In this document: positions 59,804 to 64,000 of the stretch, piece by piece
How the letters are laid out: every line of letters begins with the position of its first letter
Numbering within the stretch: the first letter of the stretch is position 1
NCBI GenBank assembly: GCA_964644695.1
Contig: CAZXWN010000005.1
Span: forward strand, 1-64,000
Source: an uncultured bacterium
Lineage (GTDB): Bacteria; UBP4; UBA4092
Direction: 5' to 3'
DNA: 64,000 nucleotides
The notes under the pieces: model-generated
The model's input: the letters and a program-made list of their open reading frames with translations, nothing else
Database searches by the model: none
What the model was told of the DNA's origin: nothing
Made by a program: the position numbers and the translations under genes

Positions 59804-61882
59804 CTAATATTGAGTCCAATCATTCACAGGGACAGTTGTTACAGTATCCAGAATCCAGTTATCCGGGTCAAAGACAATTCCCGATATAGTTTTAGATACC
59901 CCTAAGTCCAGGTTAAACTCCTGGGTAGCATATTGGGTATTCCACACATTAACAATTTTTGATGATCCATCACTAAAATTAACTTTAATGTCTATTGGCA
60001 TTATATACTGTGAACCAGATTGTGTTTGACTAATTCTCAGCATCAATCGAGTACTAGAGCCCTGTGTATACTGTCCCCATTGAACATTATATGCAGGTCG
60101 AACTGCCTGATACAGCCATTCATTAAAAAACCAACTTAAAGTGGTATTAGTACTCAACGCATTTTCCATGTGTCTTTGAAAATCTGGTGTTAGTGCATTT
60201 CCATACAACAATGTAGTATCACCAAAATAACTATTTAATCCCTGAAAAAACGATTCGTTACCCATGACTTTGCGTAACATATGAAGTACCCAACCACCTT
60301 TTCGATACACAATAGAGCCACTGAAATTATCTGCACTACTACTTATTATGGGATATGTATCCGCAGTAGTCCAAGCATTCACGTACGTAGAATAAGAATA
60401 TGTTCCATACTGGTTTTCAACCCAGAGCGCTTCGGCATAAGTAGCAAAACCTTCGTTTAACCAAAGATGATCAAAATGTCGCATCGTAATTCCGTCACCA
60501 AACCATTGATGGGATAACTCATGGCAATTAGTTCTACCTCTTCCATCTGGAGATAAAAGACCCGGCCCCAGACTTGTTGCCGTCTGATGTTCCATACTGG
60601 AGGAATCATTATGAGTCGCCACTGTATACTTTTCCTTCAGAAAGGGGTATTCCCCAAACTTACTACTAAAGAATTTGATCATTGCAATGGTTCCATTGAC
60701 ACCATTACCCTCACTGGAAACTCGTTCTGGATATATGTAATTACCTACGGTCATTCGACTATTACCATCCAACGAGGTATAAACTCCATAGAGATATTGA
60801 TAATTAGTACAGGCCACCGAAATCAGATACGATGAAATAGGATAATCCTCTTTATAATGGAGAGTGTGTTGACTACCAGATGTTATGGTCCCAACTAAAA
60901 GACCATTCGATACGGGAAAATAAGATGTTGGACAAGACCAGTATAAGTCACATGTGAATTTGTCATCTGGAATATCTTTACAGGGAAACCACTGCCGGGC
61001 GCCATAGGGTTCGCTAAAAGAATAAACAAGAGGCACAGAGGGTGTTCCATGAGTAGTTCTAATATAAGCGGCACTGAATATTTTATTAGGATCAGGTGTC
61101 CCGGCATAAAATACTCGGACTGTAAACATACTGTACTGTAAAAGGGGTTGTGGTAATCCAATAGATAACCAATCACCAGAAGTACTCCAAGACAAAACAC
61201 TAGTACCGGGACCACGATCGACAGACTTTACAGAAAAACTTCCACCATTATTATCAAAATCTAGAACTATTGTCTGTAAACTATTCGTCGAATCAAGACT
61301 CATTCCTATTAAAGTTGCATTTGCTGTTATTCGGCTACTAGTCATAGTAATCTGGTGGTTAAGAATTAAATGCTTCATGTCATACCGAAGCTGTGAAGGA
61401 TGTGTGGTTGGTTGGACAGAGGCTTTTGCTGGTTTAACACCAAAAACTCGACTGAAATGCGCTTCCTCATCTGTATATTTGAGCTCAAACAGCATAATAG
61501 ATGTCAATAAAACTTTATCCTGCCCGATGGAGGGTTGAATCATCATTTCATTACGACCAGACTTTAGATAATCAGATGGAATTATGTAATAAATCCCGTC
61601 CTCACCTGTAACGGGTCGAATATCCAGTGTATTTCCATTAACAAGAATGGCACCCCATGATTTTCCTGATATTCTCAAACCATATGAGTTTCCAGGTTTT
61701 TGAAGCATTTTGAAAACTATTGGTTGTTCAATCTGAGATGATAAAGGGTCACCTGAATTAAAGGTTATTTGGAGGGGAATATCACGATTAATAGTGTCAA
61801 AATCTAAGGGAATTGCGTATACAAAAACTACTAACCCAATGAGTATTGGCACAGTAAATAAAAGTCTAATCCAATTTTTCAT
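59804..61882 (-). CDS. Secreted M1-family zinc aminopeptidase with C-terminal VNDWxxY motif
   Basis: Signal peptide, EPYGARQWFPC.D.P.DK, SMEHQ, HELSHQWFGD...WLNEGFATY, VY.KG..VLHMLR; start at MKNWI. Confidence 0.92.
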   Translation of the reverse strand: MKNWIRLLFTVPILIGLVVFVYAIPLDFDTINRDIPLQITFNSGDPLSSQIEQPIVFKMLQKPGNSYGLRISGKSWGAILVNGNTLDIRPVTGEDGIYYIIPSDYLKSGRNEMMIQPSIGQDKVLLTSIMLFELKYTDEEAHFSRVFGVKPAKASVQPTTHPSQLRYDMKHLILNHQITMTSSRITANATLIGMSLDSTNSLQTIVLDFDNNGGSFSVKSVDRGPGTSVLSWSTSGDWLSIGLPQPLLQYSMFTVRVFYAGTPDPNKIFSAAYIRTTHGTPSVPLVYSFSEPYGARQWFPCKDIPDDKFTCDLYWSCPTSYFPVSNGLLVGTITSGSQHTLHYKEDYPISSYLISVACTNYQYLYGVYTSLDGNSRMTVGNYIYPERVSSEGNGVNGTIAMIKFFSSKFGEYPFLKEKYTVATHNDSSSMEHQTATSLGPGLLSPDGRGRTNCHELSHQWFGDGITMRHFDHLWLNEGFATYAEALWVENQYGTYSYSTYVNAWTTADTYPIISSSADNFSGSIVYRKGGWVLHMLRKVMGNESFFQGLNSYFGDTTLLYGNALTPDFQRHMENALSTNTTLSWFFNEWLYQAVRPAYNVQWGQYTQGSSTRLMLRISQTQSGSQYIMPIDIKVNFSDGSSKIVNVWNTQYATQEFNLDLGVSKTISGIVFDPDNWILDTVTTVPVNDWTQY

Positions 61883-61960
61883 ATTTTCCTCACAGATAGC
61901 TATTCGACCATCAAATAGATTACAGTCAAGATTATACAACTGGTTCCAATAAAACCCAAC

Positions 61961-61993
61961 AAAAAAACAGGCAGATTAAAACCTGCCTGTTTT
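61961..61993 (-). terminator. Intrinsic terminator after the cold-shock gene
   Basis: aaaacaggcag-loop-ctgcctgtttt with an A tract. Confidence 0.8.
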
Positions 61994-62017
61994 CTGGTTC
62001 AATTACGGATTTATGAA

Positions 62018-62221
62018 TTAGACTACTTTACAGACATTTTCCGCCTGCGGTCCTTTATCTGTTTCACCCACCTCATAATCAACCGTGTCACCTTCTTTCA
62101 GGGTCTTATAACCATCTCCCTGAATCTTACTGTAGTGAACAAAGATATCTTTGCCCGCATCAGTAACAATAAAACCAAATCCTTTTTTGTTGTTAAACCA
62201 TTTCACTTTACCTCTAGGCAT
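62018..62221 (-). CDS. Cold-shock protein (CspA family)
   Basis: GKVKWFN..KGFGFI, DIFVHYS.I, GYKTL.EG, KGPQA.NV; start at MPRG after an AAGGAGGTG RBS. Confidence 0.96.
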   Translation of the reverse strand: MPRGKVKWFNNKKGFGFIVTDAGKDIFVHYSKIQGDGYKTLKEGDTVDYEVGETDKGPQAENVCKVV

Positions 62222-62442
62222 TACTCGTAGCACCTCCTTACGTCCCAACTTATGTAAATTATCCCTTAGGGGTTCCCAATAAAAAAACACAAGAACCGAC
62301 AAAAAGCCATTCGATACCTTGCGTTAATGAAATCAATTATTGTTAGTACTCACTTTCCATAAATCTGACCAAAAATTATCAAAGGTTCCTTAGATTGTCA
62401 AGAGATATTTGTAATTAACGATATTTTTTGTATAGAGTCCAA

Positions 62443-64000
62443 CTATTCTGTAGTTTGAATAGTCCATCGCCTTCCATCTGATATCAACTGGATTCCACCT
62501 TGCAAATCCGTTCTAAACACCTTAATTCCATGGGTAGAAAGGCGAGATAGAGTCTCAGAATGTGGATGATGGAACAGGTTGTTTTTCCCCACTGAAATGA
62601 CGGCAATATCAGGAGACACCTTATCAAGGAATTCATCGGTTGTACCCATCTTCGATCCATGATGCCCGATCTTTAATACATCTGATTTAAGATCCATATT
62701 GGAAGATAGTAGTTCTGTTTCCCCATATCCTTCCAAATCACCAGTTAGCAAAACAGAGGTCTGGTTATATTTGATTTTCAAAACTAAGGATTGTTCATTA
62801 TCAGTAAAAACAGAATTCTGTCCCTCGGGATTCAAGACAGTTATTTCCAAGGGTTCTAAACCACTAGCCTTATTTCCACAAATGGCCTGTTTTATTGGGA
62901 TATTTTTTGACTGGCAAACAGACATAATACTTTTACAATACTCATTTGCACCATCAAGACTTCCATACCCTACCCACACCTCACGGACTGGAATCCACTT
63001 CAAAAGAGATATCAATCCTCCAACATGATCAGAGTCAAAATGCGTTATCATCAAAACATCCAGGGACCGAATCCCTAAACGCCTTAAATATGGAAGCAAT
63101 ATCATTCTCCCTGTATCTCTTGGTTTATCGGGACCCCCATCCACTAGTAACGTTTGATAGTTAGGTGTTTCAATCAAAAGACTATCGCCCTGGCCTACAT
63201 CCAGAACGGTCACTTTTAATTTCTTGCTTTCTAAAGATATTGGAATAACTAAAGCTATTGTAAAACATGTGAAGAGTACAAATGCCAATAGCCATTTTTT
63301 TCTGAGCTTAACATCAATTTCATCAATGTTTTTAGAAAATATCCATACGAAAACACCCATCAGAAAATAGTAAAAAACAGTCCATAACCAGTGCATATCA
63401 GGTATTGATATCCATGAAAAGGGGATAGACACAATAATTTCTGTCACCTTAGTCAGTAAGGATAATGCCAAATAATTACTTCCAGCTAATATCTTTGCGA
63501 GAAGAGGAAATATACCATACAGACAACCAGATATCAGACTGAGTGGTAATGATAAAGATATTATTGGAAGTGCAATCAGGTTGGTAATTAATGTAGCTAT
63601 TGACAGGTAATGAAAGGCATTAATCTGAATAGGTAATGTTCCCAGAGTTGCGGCTAAAGTCACACCGACAGTCCCCTTTAACCAAAGAGGGCCCTTTAAA
63701 TTCTCCATAATAATTGGGCCCAGACTTACAATACCTAAAACAGCCATAAAAGATAATTGGAATCCTGAATCCCACAACGCCATGGGATTTACCAAAAGAA
63801 TCACCCATCCAGCCAAACCCAGTGTTTGATAGGGATCAACATCTCTGCGTAATAAACGCCCCCCGATAAACAATAGAGTCCCCACGGTTGCTCTAGTCAC
63901 TGGGGCTGTCCATCCAACCATCCATGCATAAATCAAAATAGCAGGAACGGCCATTATCCAGGCAGTTCGTCGCTTGAAACCAATGCGTTTTATGCCAACA
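62443..64000 (-). CDS. comEC: ComEC/Rec2 DNA-uptake competence protein (5'-truncated by the window edge)
   Basis: GFQLSF.A, LDVGQGD, THFDSDH.GG, LLTGD, KIGHHGS, N.F.HP, FRTD..G.I. Confidence 0.93.
   Translation of the reverse strand, partial: VGIKRIGFKRRTAWIMAVPAILIYAWMVGWTAPVTRATVGTLLFIGGRLLRRDVDPYQTLGLAGWVILLVNPMALWDSGFQLSFMAVLGIVSLGPIIMENLKGPLWLKGTVGVTLAATLGTLPIQINAFHYLSIATLITNLIALPIISLSLPLSLISGCLYGIFPLLAKILAGSNYLALSLLTKVTEIIVSIPFSWISIPDMHWLWTVFYYFLMGVFVWIFSKNIDEIDVKLRKKWLLAFVLFTCFTIALVIPISLESKKLKVTVLDVGQGDSLLIETPNYQTLLVDGGPDKPRDTGRMILLPYLRRLGIRSLDVLMITHFDSDHVGGLISLLKWIPVREVWVGYGSLDGANEYCKSIMSVCQSKNIPIKQAICGNKASGLEPLEITVLNPEGQNSVFTDNEQSLVLKIKYNQTSVLLTGDLEGYGETELLSSNMDLKSDVLKIGHHGSKMGTTDEFLDKVSPDIAVISVGKNNLFHHPHSETLSRLSTHGIKVFRTDLQGGIQLISDGRRWTIQTTE

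Overview
A 64-kb chromosomal segment from a diderm (LPS-containing) bacterium. It has a 100-N scaffold gap at 46998-47097, and the window starts inside a palindromic repeat. Main contents: (1) a minus-strand operon of ECF sigma, zinc-finger anti-sigma, two Spy/CpxP-like proteins and a type II secretion system (gspE-F-G-H-I-J-K-L-M-C-like-D); (2) a large GH2 glycosidase, waaF, a Nif3-like gene and eno; (3) a D-2-hydroxyacid dehydrogenase-bshC-bshA-bshB1-sfsA bacillithiol operon, then mnmE; (4) envelope and housekeeping genes (YfhO-like, PpiC foldase, PfkB, PAP2, a probable 6S RNA, msbA-like, AcsE-like methyltransferase, rsmG, GuaB3, ispH, pepA, lexA-dinB, ftsEX-envC, a cold-shock gene, partial comEC); (5) a cassette of small zinc-ribbon membrane proteins. 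The most striking unexplained signal is that three unrelated signal-peptide proteins end in the same short motif, x-x-V-[SN]-[ND]-W-x-x-Y, a candidate C-terminal sorting or secretion signal possibly linked to the T2SS. Other leads are a candidate C-rich sRNA with its own promoter and terminator, a structured leader before an outer-membrane barrel gene, a dispersed ~50-bp palindromic repeat, a catalytically degenerate FtsE and a candidate LexA operator. All calls come from reading the sequence by eye; no searches were run.
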